A DNA stretch of 64,000 nucleotides from contig CBDCOJ010000031.1 in the NCBI GenBank assembly GCA_965219695.1, positions 203,039-267,038 of the forward strand. Direction: 5' to 3'. The DNA is from Candidatus Poribacteria bacterium. Lineage in GTDB: Bacteria; Poribacteria; WGA-4E; WGA-3G. A model generated the notes under the pieces. That model saw only the letters and a program-made list of their open reading frames with translations. It was not told where the DNA came from and did no database searches. This document shows, in pieces, positions 30,029 through 39,185 of the stretch; positions within the stretch are counted from its first letter, which is position 1, and each line of letters starts with the position of its first letter. The translations under genes and the position numbers were made by a program.

Positions 30029-32305
30029 ATGAAAAACAAACTATTTTTCATTCTAACTGTCCTCTTGACGATATTTGCTTTTACATCAAACATCTTCGCC
30101 CAAGAGCACACACGTTGGGGGTTACCCGAAGGCGCAAAAGCGCGGCTTGGCAAAGGAGAGAACCGTGAAATTGCATATTCCCCAGACGGCTCTAAACTGG
30201 CAGTGGCAAGTAGCATTGGTGTTTGGATATATGATGCACAAACAGGTGAAGAACTGGTATATACTGGACATACAGCGTGGGTCAGTAGCGTAGCGTTCAG
30301 TCCGGATGGAAAAACTATCGCAAGTGGAAATGGGGACAGGACCATCCGGCTGTGGGATGTCGCTACAAGGGAAGAAAAGAGAATACTCATAGGACATACA
30401 GGAACTGTCAATAGTGTCGCGTTCAGTCCGGATGGAAGGACACTCGCAAGTGGAAGTCGGGACAGGACCATCCGGCTGTGGGATATTGATACAGGGGAAG
30501 AAAAGGGAATACTCAAAAGACATATAGGAGTTGTCTTTAGCGTCGCGTTCAGTCCGGATGGAAAAACTATCGCAAGTGCAAGTGGAGGTTTTGACGCTAC
30601 CATCCGTTTGTGGGATGTTGATACAGGGGAAGAAAAGAGAATACTCAAAAGACATACAGGAGATGTCTTTAGCGTCGCGTTCAGTCCGGATGGAAAAACT
30701 ATCGCAAGTGCAAGTGAGGACTACACCATCCGCCTGTGGGATATTGATACAGGGGAAGAAAAGGGAATACTCAAAGGACATATAGCGGAGGTCGAAAGCG
30801 TAGCATTCAGTCCGGATGGAAAAACTATCGCAAGTGCAAGTGAGGACTACACCATCCGCCTGTGGGATATTGCTACTGGCGAAGAAAAGAGAATACTCAG
30901 AGGACATACATTACCTGTCGCAAGCGTAGCGTTCAATCCTGACGGAAAAACTATCGCAAGTGCAAGTGAGGACTACACCATCCGCCTGTGGGATGCTGCT
31001 ATAGGCGAAGAAAAGAGTATACTCAAAGGATACATAGCGGGGGTCGAAAGCGTCGCGTTCAGTCCGGATGGGAAAACTATCGCAAGTGGAGGTTGGGACA
31101 ACACCATCCGTCTGTGGGACGTTGCTACCAGCGAAGAAAAAAGAATACTCAAAGGACATACGGATTGGGTCGAAAGCGTCGCGTTCAGCCCGGATGGAAA
31201 AACTATCGCAAGTGGAAGTCGGGACAACACCATCCGGCTGTGGGATGTGGCTACAGGCGAAGAAAAAAGAATACTCAGAGGACATACGGATCGGGTCAAT
31301 AGCGTCGCGTTCAGTCCGGATGGGAAAACTATCGCAAGTGGAAGTGGGGAAGTTTTCATAGGTCAGGATATAGGTTGGGATGTTACCACCCGGCTGTGGG
31401 ATGTGGCTACAGGCGAAGAAAAAAGAATACTCAAAGGGCATAGAGGAGATGTCAGAAGCGTCGCGTTCAGTCCGGATGGGAAAACTATCGCAAGTGGAGG
31501 TTTTGACGGTGCCATCCGTCTATGGGATGTTGCTAACGGCGAAGAAAAAAGAATACTCAGACATAGAGGAAATATCAATAGCGTAGCGTTCAGTCCGGAT
31601 GGAAAAACTATCGCAGGTGGAAGTGGGGAGAAAACCGTCCGTCTATGGGATGTTGCTACAGGTGAAGAAAAGAGACAACTCAAAGGACATACAGGGGTGT
31701 TCGGGTGGATCAATAGCGTAGCGTTCAGTCCGGATGGAAAAACTATCGCAAGTGGAAGTCAGGACAGCACCATCCGTCTGTGGGATGTGGCTACAGGCGA
31801 AGAAAAGAGAATACTCAGAGGACATAGAGGAAGTGTCGCAACCGTAGCGTTCAGTCCGGATGGAAAAACTATCGCAAGTGGAAGTCGGGACAGCACCATT
31901 TTCTTATGGGATTACACATCCCTTGCTGATGAGACTGATGATGGGAAAGATGTGGATGAGCCGTCTTCCGTTGAGTCACGCGGCAAGAAACTTGTCACAC
32001 TCGCGCAGATAAAGCGTAATCAACTGTTCCAAAATTATCCGAACCCGTTCAACCCGGAGACATGGATACCGTATCGTTTAGCAAATGCCAGTGACGTGCA
32101 GATTACGATCTATGATGCACGTGGCACTGTGATACGCCAACTTGATTTGGGGCATCAACCGGCAGGTATATATCAAACGCGTAAGCGTGCGGCGCATTGG
32201 GATGGTAAAAATGCCCAGGGCGAATCTGTGGCAAGTGGTGTGTATTTCTATACGCTTTCCGCAGGCAAATTTAGTGCTACACGGAAGATGTTGATTAGAA
32301 AGTAA
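30029..32305 (+). CDS. Secreted WD40-repeat beta-propeller protein (about 14 blades) with a T9SS-type (Por_Secre_tail/TIGR04183-like) C-terminal sorting domain
   Basis: Signal peptide. A 42-aa unit GHT..V.SVAFSPDGKTIASGS.D.TIRLWDV.TGEEKRIL is repeated 14 times. The C-terminus is QNYPNPFNPETWIPYRL...IYD.RG..V..L.LGHQPAGIY....A.HWDGKN.QGE.VASGVYFYTL.AGKF.ATRKM. Confidence 0.85.
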   Translation: MKNKLFFILTVLLTIFAFTSNIFAQEHTRWGLPEGAKARLGKGENREIAYSPDGSKLAVASSIGVWIYDAQTGEELVYTGHTAWVSSVAFSPDGKTIASGNGDRTIRLWDVATREEKRILIGHTGTVNSVAFSPDGRTLASGSRDRTIRLWDIDTGEEKGILKRHIGVVFSVAFSPDGKTIASASGGFDATIRLWDVDTGEEKRILKRHTGDVFSVAFSPDGKTIASASEDYTIRLWDIDTGEEKGILKGHIAEVESVAFSPDGKTIASASEDYTIRLWDIATGEEKRILRGHTLPVASVAFNPDGKTIASASEDYTIRLWDAAIGEEKSILKGYIAGVESVAFSPDGKTIASGGWDNTIRLWDVATSEEKRILKGHTDWVESVAFSPDGKTIASGSRDNTIRLWDVATGEEKRILRGHTDRVNSVAFSPDGKTIASGSGEVFIGQDIGWDVTTRLWDVATGEEKRILKGHRGDVRSVAFSPDGKTIASGGFDGAIRLWDVANGEEKRILRHRGNINSVAFSPDGKTIAGGSGEKTVRLWDVATGEEKRQLKGHTGVFGWINSVAFSPDGKTIASGSQDSTIRLWDVATGEEKRILRGHRGSVATVAFSPDGKTIASGSRDSTIFLWDYTSLADETDDGKDVDEPSSVESRGKKLVTLAQIKRNQLFQNYPNPFNPETWIPYRLANASDVQITIYDARGTVIRQLDLGHQPAGIYQTRKRAAHWDGKNAQGESVASGVYFYTLSAGKFSATRKMLIRK
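30250..31900. repeat. Coding tandem repeats of 126 bp (WD40 blades) with very high nucleotide identity
   Basis: The string gcgttcagtccggatggaaaaactatcgcaagtg recurs more than 10 times in phase. Confidence 0.8.
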
Positions 32306-32399
32306 GACACAACAATAGACATTAAATAATGATTTAATCGAATGTGTATGATAACACTAAAACCGAAATATAGTTTAAATAGTTCAATAGGAAGGAACA

Positions 32400-33224
32400 A
32401 TGGCTACATTAGAGCAACGACTTGAAGCATATAAAACGGATGGCTTCACTATCTTTGAAAAAGTGTTTGACGAAACACAGATGGAATTCTGGAAAGAGAA
32501 GCACCAAGAACTTTCTACCGCGCACAATGGGCAAACATGGTTCGGCAACACGCTTGAATTAGCGCCTGAACTGATGTGGCCCGCTGTTTCACATCCTACT
32601 ATCCTTGAGTTTATAGAAAAGGTGATGGGACCTTTTGTGCAGTTAGACAATCTGACGCTTGCTGCGTTTCCATCAATTGAACCTGAAAAAGCTGAGGGCA
32701 GAGTCTCCGGATGGCATCGTGATCGGTGGGCACATGTGCCTTTCACTGATGCGTATCATCGTCCGAATGCAATCAATGCAATCTCATACCTGCAAGACCT
32801 CACAGATGAGTTTGGTCCGTTACGCGTTATTGTCGGTTCACACCGAAAACCAATCACTATTGAAGATGCTGACCGCGGCGTACCACATCCCGATGAAATT
32901 CTTATTCACATGAAAGCTGGGGATGTCGTCATTACGCACAACGGACTTATCCATTCTGGTACACCAAATACCTCAGGGCAACTACGCTATTTTTTCAGTA
33001 TCTATTACAACCTAACTTGGCTCAAACACACCGATCACCATACCGGACCGCATACACAAGAGTTGCTTGCAGACGCAAAAGCTGCAAACAACCATCAACT
33101 GATGCGACTTCTTGGTGTTGATGAGCAGCTGCAACCGCGCTGCAACTCTGGCTTTCTCCAATCTGACGAAGAACGGTGGGAAGCATGGGCAGCTGCTGAT
33201 CGCGCAGCGATAAAGGAGGAATAG
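32400..33224 (+). CDS. Phytanoyl-CoA dioxygenase family protein (second paralog)
   Basis: 274 aa. WHRD...H...HSGTPN motif arrangement typical of PhyH-type 2OG oxygenases. Confidence 0.7.
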   Translation: MATLEQRLEAYKTDGFTIFEKVFDETQMEFWKEKHQELSTAHNGQTWFGNTLELAPELMWPAVSHPTILEFIEKVMGPFVQLDNLTLAAFPSIEPEKAEGRVSGWHRDRWAHVPFTDAYHRPNAINAISYLQDLTDEFGPLRVIVGSHRKPITIEDADRGVPHPDEILIHMKAGDVVITHNGLIHSGTPNTSGQLRYFFSIYYNLTWLKHTDHHTGPHTQELLADAKAANNHQLMRLLGVDEQLQPRCNSGFLQSDEERWEAWAAADRAAIKEE

Positions 33225-33227
33225 ACG

Positions 33228-33974
33228 ATGGCTGAAGGACCTGTAGTGCCACCAACGCTCAATGTTGAACTTGACCATCAATTGCAGCAAGAGGTTAATT
33301 TTTTCCTAAAATGGGGCTATCTCATTGTCAATGATGCAGCGACACCAGAACAGATTGAGTCGCTGCGCAACGCGCTTGATGAAAGTTATGAACGACGCGA
33401 CAAAAGCCAATTCATCGGTGAATTGCTTGAAGAGGATGATAGATTTGCATTTCTGCTTGACAATCCGCCTGTGATGAAACGGATGGAAGCGATATTGGGG
33501 ACGTGTGTGCAGCTTCACAGTGCAACTGCCCGTATCGTCGAACCGGGAACACCTGACCAAAACTGGCATCGTGATGGGCCTTGGCCAGTTGATCCTTTCG
33601 GAACACCTTACGGCAGTTTGCCAGCACAGATTAACTGTGGTTATTATCTTGACGAAGTGACTGATGAAAAAGGTCCGACTGTTGTACAGCCTGGCAGCCA
33701 TAGAGCGCCGTTCCGTCCTCCGCCAAGTCCAGTCCAGCTTCCTGACGAAAAACGTGTGTTAGTTTCCCCCGGACAAGCAGTTATGTTTGATGGATGGACG
33801 TGGCATCGTGGCGCTGCAAATACTTCCTCGCAACGCAGACGCGTTTGTTTGATGTGTTATCAAAACGCCTGGATGAAATCCCGTGAACCGTTCAACGGAC
33901 CGCGCGTAACAAAACTTCGCGAAGAAGGCACGCCACAACAAAAGTTACTGCTTGGTGCCATCCCGAAATGGTAA
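33228..33974 (+). CDS. Phytanoyl-CoA dioxygenase family protein (third paralog)
   Basis: 248 aa with RBS AAGGAGG. WHRDG...D...WHRG. Confidence 0.65.
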   Translation: MAEGPVVPPTLNVELDHQLQQEVNFFLKWGYLIVNDAATPEQIESLRNALDESYERRDKSQFIGELLEEDDRFAFLLDNPPVMKRMEAILGTCVQLHSATARIVEPGTPDQNWHRDGPWPVDPFGTPYGSLPAQINCGYYLDEVTDEKGPTVVQPGSHRAPFRPPPSPVQLPDEKRVLVSPGQAVMFDGWTWHRGAANTSSQRRRVCLMCYQNAWMKSREPFNGPRVTKLREEGTPQQKLLLGAIPKW

Positions 33975-34011
33975 AACAATTTTGTAGGCACAACCCTTTT
34001 CCAATACCCTT

Positions 34012-34050
34012 GTAGGAGCGATCTCCGAATCGCGACTCATAAATATAAGG
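34012..34050. repeat. Short-form copy of the REP-like palindromic repeat (gtaggagCGATCTCCGAATCGCGACtcataaata)
   Basis: It shares the gtaggag...ctcataaata modules with 9634-9780, 41273-41344 and 44851-44902. Confidence 0.5.
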
Positions 34051-34099
34051 GGACAAAACATAGGCACGGGGATTGTACCATAACCAACGGAGGATTTAT

Positions 34100-35554
34100 A
34101 TGAATATCGCTTTTATTGTTATTGACACACTACGCTACGATCACATTGGCGCAAACGGCAATGATTGGATAGAAACGCCAAATATCGATAGGTTTGCATC
34201 TAAAGCATGGACTTATGATCGCGCTTTTTGCTCCAGTTTCCCGACAATCCCTTACCGGACTGATGTTATCACGAGCCAATACGGTGCGCCTTTTCATCCG
34301 TGGAAACCGCTGCGACATGAACGACAAACGCTCCCGTGGACACTCGCGCAACGCGGTTATGCCACACAACTTATTCACGACACACCACATCTTGTCAATG
34401 GTGGGCATAACTTTGATTGGCCCTTTCACGCATGGACATTCGTTCGCGGGGCAGAAGTAGACCGCGATTGGATTATGGATACCGTTCCGTGGCCTGACAA
34501 TTGGGTTAAAGAACCACTCTTTGATAGTCTTGGCGATCAGGCATTTCAATCAAATATGCTTCGGAGTTACGCACGTGCCAACCGAAATCGCAAAAAACTT
34601 GAAGATTGGAACTGTGCCAAACTTTTCAATACAGCCGCGCAATTCCTCAAAGACAACGCTAAGCGAGAGAATTTTTTCCTTTGGGTAGACTGCTTTGATC
34701 CGCATGAACCTTGGGATGCACCACCTGAATTCATGAAAAAATATGACAAACGTCCCGACTATGACGGAAACATTGACCCGCGCAGTCTTGGCGGTAGGAA
34801 TAAGCCAAGCCTTTCGGATGAGGCGAGAAAACATATTAAGGCACAATATTCTGCAAAGTTGACATGGATGGACCACTGCTTTGGACAATTCTTGGATGCT
34901 CTTGAATCTACTGGACTTGATAAAAATACAGCGGTGTTTCTAACAGGCGACCACGGTACAAATGTCGGTGAACGTGGTTCGTTTGGCAAAGGACAACCTG
35001 TGCGTGAACAGGAGGGACATGTCCCGCTTTTTGTCCGTTTACCAGAAGGAGATTCAGGACGTAGTAACGTTATCGTGCAACCGCAGGACTTCTTTCCAAC
35101 GATTTTGAGCGTTCTTGGCGAAGATTATCCCGAAGGCATTGTAGGACACGACTTCTTAACGCCGGCTCGTGAAGGAAAATCAGGGAAAAGAGGACTGGCA
35201 CTATCAGGTGGAAGCGTTGAAAGATGGAAACAAGCATCTAATAAGGAAAAATTCGTTCTCTTCACCGCTTTCGACCAAGATTGGAGTTTAGAGGTTGCCG
35301 CTAAGCCTGAAAATTCAAGGCTTGTTAAACTCGGTGAGTTAGAATATGTGCAGGATCAACATCAGGATATTGTGGCGAAACTGCATGCTTCCGCTGTTGA
35401 CGAAATAGAAAGTCGCGGCACCGATCCCGCACTTATCGCCTGGCTCCGAAGTGGTGGTGAGGACGCATTTCCTGAAAATCCTGAGTATTGGGAAGGGTAT
35501 CCTGGACCTGCAGGATACCGTCCGTATTTTGGAAAACTCTATTCTGGAGAGTAA
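34100..35554 (+). CDS. Sulfatase-like hydrolase/transferase (alkaline-phosphatase superfamily)
   Basis: The start MNIAFIVIDTLRYDH resembles the metal-binding N-terminus of sulfatases and is followed by CSSFPTIPYRT. A canonical C/S-x-P-x-R formylglycine motif is not clear. Confidence 0.7.
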   Translation: MNIAFIVIDTLRYDHIGANGNDWIETPNIDRFASKAWTYDRAFCSSFPTIPYRTDVITSQYGAPFHPWKPLRHERQTLPWTLAQRGYATQLIHDTPHLVNGGHNFDWPFHAWTFVRGAEVDRDWIMDTVPWPDNWVKEPLFDSLGDQAFQSNMLRSYARANRNRKKLEDWNCAKLFNTAAQFLKDNAKRENFFLWVDCFDPHEPWDAPPEFMKKYDKRPDYDGNIDPRSLGGRNKPSLSDEARKHIKAQYSAKLTWMDHCFGQFLDALESTGLDKNTAVFLTGDHGTNVGERGSFGKGQPVREQEGHVPLFVRLPEGDSGRSNVIVQPQDFFPTILSVLGEDYPEGIVGHDFLTPAREGKSGKRGLALSGGSVERWKQASNKEKFVLFTAFDQDWSLEVAAKPENSRLVKLGELEYVQDQHQDIVAKLHASAVDEIESRGTDPALIAWLRSGGEDAFPENPEYWEGYPGPAGYRPYFGKLYSGE

Positions 35555-35704
35555 TACTGGCTAAAGGAAAGTTATACAATATTTACTCTTGTTGGAGTGT
35601 TAATTTAGAACCGAGTTTTCTTATTCGTTAGAACATTATTTTTGGAATTTATAGTTTACAAGCGTGTAAAGTTCCAATAGAACATTATGTTTATAGGAGA
35701 AAAC

Positions 35705-36754
35705 ATGCCACACACATACAAAACCTGCCTCATCGGATGCGGACGAATGGGCGCAACCATTGACGACGAAGTCGCAGGTCGTGCCGATAGTTTCATCTGG
35801 CAACCCTTCTCACACGCTGCAGCTGCTGTGGCTTGTGAAAGAACTGATCTTGTCGCTGTTTCGGATGTATTTGCGGACAAAGCAGAAGCTATTCGTGAAC
35901 GCTACGGAGCTGAGCGTGCCTATACAGACTATCAAGAGATGATTGAGAAGGAAAAACCTGACATAGTTTGTATTGCAACACGTCCCGGCCCACATGCCGA
36001 AATCACCGTTTTCGCTGCCGAAAATAATGTCAAAGGTATCTACTGTGAAAAACCGCTCTGCTGTTCTATGGAAGAAGCAGACATCATGGTAGATATAGTT
36101 GAAAAGTACGGTGTTAAATTCAACTATGGCACACAACGTCGCTTTATGCCGATCTACCGCCAGGTGCGCGAACTCGTTGATGCTGGTGAAATCGGAGATA
36201 TTCAGTGTACTATCGCGCAATACGGAGCAAGTTCAGCCCTCTGGGGTTTAACACACGCCGCCGACATGCTCTTATTTCTCGCTAAAGACCCAGAAGTTGA
36301 CTTTGTACAAGGCACTGTTTCATGCAAGGATTCTGATTGGGATGGTAATCGGTTAAATGTTGATCCCGCAGTCACCAGCGGGTATATCCGGTTTTCAAAT
36401 GGAGTCCATGGATATAATACTGCTGGCACAGGACCGGAATATGAGGTTTGCGGCACCGGCGGCAAAATCCGTATCCAAAACAACAGTAGAGAAGTCCAAT
36501 TCCGAAAGAAACAGGGAACTTTCTATGAGGATGTGCCGTTTCCAGACGTATCTCGTGCCACTGGCACCGTCATGGGTATCACAGACGTTGCAGAAGCACT
36601 TGACGAGGATCGTGAGACGAAAGGACCTGTTCATCTCGCGCGACGCAGTCAAGAGACATTAATGGGAATGATAGAATCACATCGGTTGGGTGGTCAACGT
36701 GTCTCGCTCCCGATGGAAAATCGGAGTCTTTATGTTGGCAGGCGCGACTGGTAA
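35705..36754 (+). CDS. Gfo/Idh/MocA-family oxidoreductase (second)
   Basis: CLIGCGRMG Rossmann motif and EKP. Confidence 0.8.
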   Translation: MPHTYKTCLIGCGRMGATIDDEVAGRADSFIWQPFSHAAAAVACERTDLVAVSDVFADKAEAIRERYGAERAYTDYQEMIEKEKPDIVCIATRPGPHAEITVFAAENNVKGIYCEKPLCCSMEEADIMVDIVEKYGVKFNYGTQRRFMPIYRQVRELVDAGEIGDIQCTIAQYGASSALWGLTHAADMLLFLAKDPEVDFVQGTVSCKDSDWDGNRLNVDPAVTSGYIRFSNGVHGYNTAGTGPEYEVCGTGGKIRIQNNSREVQFRKKQGTFYEDVPFPDVSRATGTVMGITDVAEALDEDRETKGPVHLARRSQETLMGMIESHRLGGQRVSLPMENRSLYVGRRDW

Positions 36755-36813
36755 TATTCAAAAAATGAATCTGTATAAACTGTTAGGCGCGCCTACTTAG
36801 CACGCCGATAAAT

Positions 36814-37803
36814 ATGAACTTAGAGACCCAAATCCAAGAATTTCGTGATACCTTTTATCGTGTCAAGACCGAAGTCCAAAAACGGATTGTCGGTCAAGAC
36901 GCGATAGTTGAAGGTGTCCTTCTCTGCTTACTTGCCAATGGACATGCACTGCTTGAGGGTATACCTGGGTTAGGCAAAACGCAACTCATTCGGACGCTCA
37001 GCGAGGCACTCAACCTCACTTTCAAACCGATTCATTTTACACCGGATATGATGCCGTCTGACATTACAGGTACAACCTTCCTTGTTGAAGACGAACACGG
37101 TAGAAAGCAATTTGAATTTCAGCAGGGACCTATTTTTGCCCAACTTATCCTTGCCGATGAGATTAACCGTGCGACCCCACGCACCCAATCAGCCCTCCTT
37201 GAAGCAATGCAAGACCGCACTGTCACCGTCGGACGGACGAGTCATAAATTAGAGGAACCTTTCTGCGTGCTTGCCACACAAAATCCGCTTGAGATGGAAG
37301 GCACTTATCCACTTCCAGAGGCTCAGTTGGATAGATTTCTATTTAAACTTCTCATCGAATTTCCTAATGAAGACGAGATAGTTCAAATTATGCGGCGCAC
37401 AACATCTGGTGCAGATATCACAATAGAAAAAGTTACAGATGCCGCAACACTTAATCAGATGCGCCAACTTGTTCCACAGGTTATCATCGCGGAGCATGTT
37501 GAACGACACATCATCCGACTTGTGCGTGCTACACATCCCGACTCTGAAGACGCACCAGAAGTTGTAAAACGTTATGTTCATCTCGGTGCAGGTATTCGAA
37601 GTATTCAAGCGATAACTCTCACTGCAAAAATCAAAGCACTCCTTGATGGACGCTATAATGTTGCATACGAGGATATTGATAGTGTGCTTTTGCCTGCACT
37701 CCGCCACCGTATCCTTCTCAACTTTGAAGGGCAAGGTGAAGGTATTGTCCCTGATACCATTGTCAACGAAGTCCGCAGCACCATAAAACCTTTATCATCA
37801 TAA
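36814..37803 (+). CDS. MoxR-family AAA+ ATPase
   Basis: Walker A GIPGLGKT, Walker B LILADEINRA. A typical 329-aa MoxR. Confidence 0.85.
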   Translation: MNLETQIQEFRDTFYRVKTEVQKRIVGQDAIVEGVLLCLLANGHALLEGIPGLGKTQLIRTLSEALNLTFKPIHFTPDMMPSDITGTTFLVEDEHGRKQFEFQQGPIFAQLILADEINRATPRTQSALLEAMQDRTVTVGRTSHKLEEPFCVLATQNPLEMEGTYPLPEAQLDRFLFKLLIEFPNEDEIVQIMRRTTSGADITIEKVTDAATLNQMRQLVPQVIIAEHVERHIIRLVRATHPDSEDAPEVVKRYVHLGAGIRSIQAITLTAKIKALLDGRYNVAYEDIDSVLLPALRHRILLNFEGQGEGIVPDTIVNEVRSTIKPLSS

Positions 37804-37855
37804 ACTTGCTGAATCTTTTTACAACTGAAGGTTGAAAAAAGATATCTTCCACAAA

Positions 37856-37938
37856 TTGACAATACATAATTGCGATTGTCAAAAATAGATAAAAATGATA
37901 AAATAAAATTTATCATTGTCAAAAATAGGTAAAAATGA
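37856..37938. promoter_or_regulatory. Operator-like repeats upstream of fic: the inverted repeat TTGACAAT/ATTGTCAA, plus two 24-bp direct repeats (attgtcaaaaatagNtaaaaatga) spaced 40 bp apart and overlapping the fic start region
   Basis: The inverted-repeat arms lie at 37856-37863 and 37875-37882. The direct repeats lie at 37875-37898 and 37915-37938 and are identical at 23 of 24 positions. Confidence 0.5.
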
Positions 37939-37982
37939 CAACAACAATTTTTATGGTCTTCAAAATAGGCAAACAAGGTAAT

Positions 37983-39110
37983 ATGAAAAACTTTATAGCG
38001 GGCAGATACAAACAACAACGAGAATATAAGAATTTTACACCCTCCACCGTTAATCGTCAATTTGTTTGGGAAAATCCGCAGATAAGTCTTCTGATTGAAC
38101 AAGCAGCGAAATTTTTAGGAGAGTTCAACGCCTATACTGAACTCCGTCCAGACGTTAATTTGTCTGTTCCAATGAATATCGCGAAAGAAGCAACAGACTC
38201 CAGCCAGATTGAAGGCACCAAAACTGAACTTGATGAAACTGTTTTACCGCAAGTAGAGATTAATCCAGAAAGACAGGACGACTGGCAAGAAGTCCAAAAT
38301 TACATTGAAGCCATGAATTTCGCGATTGCCAAGTTGCCTGAACTTCCACTTTCAATGCGCCTACTAAAAGAGACTCATCAAATATTAATGTCCGGTGTCC
38401 GAGGCAAACACAAAGCACCTGGTGAAATTCGCAGAAGTCAAAACTGGATTGGAGGTTCGTCATTAGCAGATGCTTATTATGTTCCACCCTCTGCAGAGGA
38501 AGTTCCTGATCTTTTAAGCGATTTAGAGAAATTCTGGCATAACCAATCGCTACAACTGCCATATCTTATCAAAATCGCTATTACGCATTATCAATTTGAA
38601 ACTATCCATCCTTTCCTTGATGGCAACGGTAGGTGTGGAAGGTTGTTAATTGCTTTGCAGCTTATTGACGCAAATATACTGAGAAAACCTGTCCTGTATA
38701 TGTCCACCTTTTTTGAAAAAAACAGAAATTCATATTACAATTCTCTGACCCAAGTTCGCACTGAAAACGACTTGGAACAGTGGATCGTATTTTTCTTAAG
38801 TGGAGTCATAGAAACCGCTCAGCATGGTCTCAAGACATTCAAAGCTATTATTGAACTTCGCAAAGAATGTGATACCAAAGTTATAACGCTGGGTTCTCGT
38901 GCGAAAAACGCACAAAAGTTACTTCAACTCATGTATGCAACACCTGTTCTTAACGCAAGATCAGTTGAAAAAGGGTTGGGTATAAGTTTTTCAAGCGCGA
39001 ATCGACTCCTAAAATCTTTGACAGAACTCGGTGTACTCAATGAAACAACAGGGCATTCTCGTAACCGTTTATTCGTTCTTGAGAAGTACTTAAACCTCTT
39101 TAGAAGTTAG
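37983..39110 (+). CDS. Fic/DOC-family protein (AMPylator-type) with a C-terminal winged helix
   Basis: The Fic motif HPFLDGNGRCGRLL (HxFx[DE]GNGR) is present. The start is probably MKNFIAGRY. Confidence 0.8.
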   Translation: MKNFIAGRYKQQREYKNFTPSTVNRQFVWENPQISLLIEQAAKFLGEFNAYTELRPDVNLSVPMNIAKEATDSSQIEGTKTELDETVLPQVEINPERQDDWQEVQNYIEAMNFAIAKLPELPLSMRLLKETHQILMSGVRGKHKAPGEIRRSQNWIGGSSLADAYYVPPSAEEVPDLLSDLEKFWHNQSLQLPYLIKIAITHYQFETIHPFLDGNGRCGRLLIALQLIDANILRKPVLYMSTFFEKNRNSYYNSLTQVRTENDLEQWIVFFLSGVIETAQHGLKTFKAIIELRKECDTKVITLGSRAKNAQKLLQLMYATPVLNARSVEKGLGISFSSANRLLKSLTELGVLNETTGHSRNRLFVLEKYLNLFRS

Positions 39111-39185
39111 CGATTAAATCTAAACCTTGAAATCCCTGCACAGTTCCGCTATAATAGAGTTACCAGAAAATTATCGGAGGGAATC

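Noticed and set aside
29893-31825. Long minus-strand ORFs (for example 30122..30907 and 30911..31441) antisense to the WD40 gene
   Set aside because: They are shadow ORFs created by the low-complexity periodic WD40 coding repeats. Their translations are repetitive Ser/Pro/Cys strings without starts or RBSs.
30250-31900. CRISPR-like regular repeats
   Set aside because: The 126-bp units are in-frame WD40 blades with no unique spacers. Other tandem repeats (6432-6486 and 24071-24194) also lack a repeat-spacer architecture. No cas genes are present.
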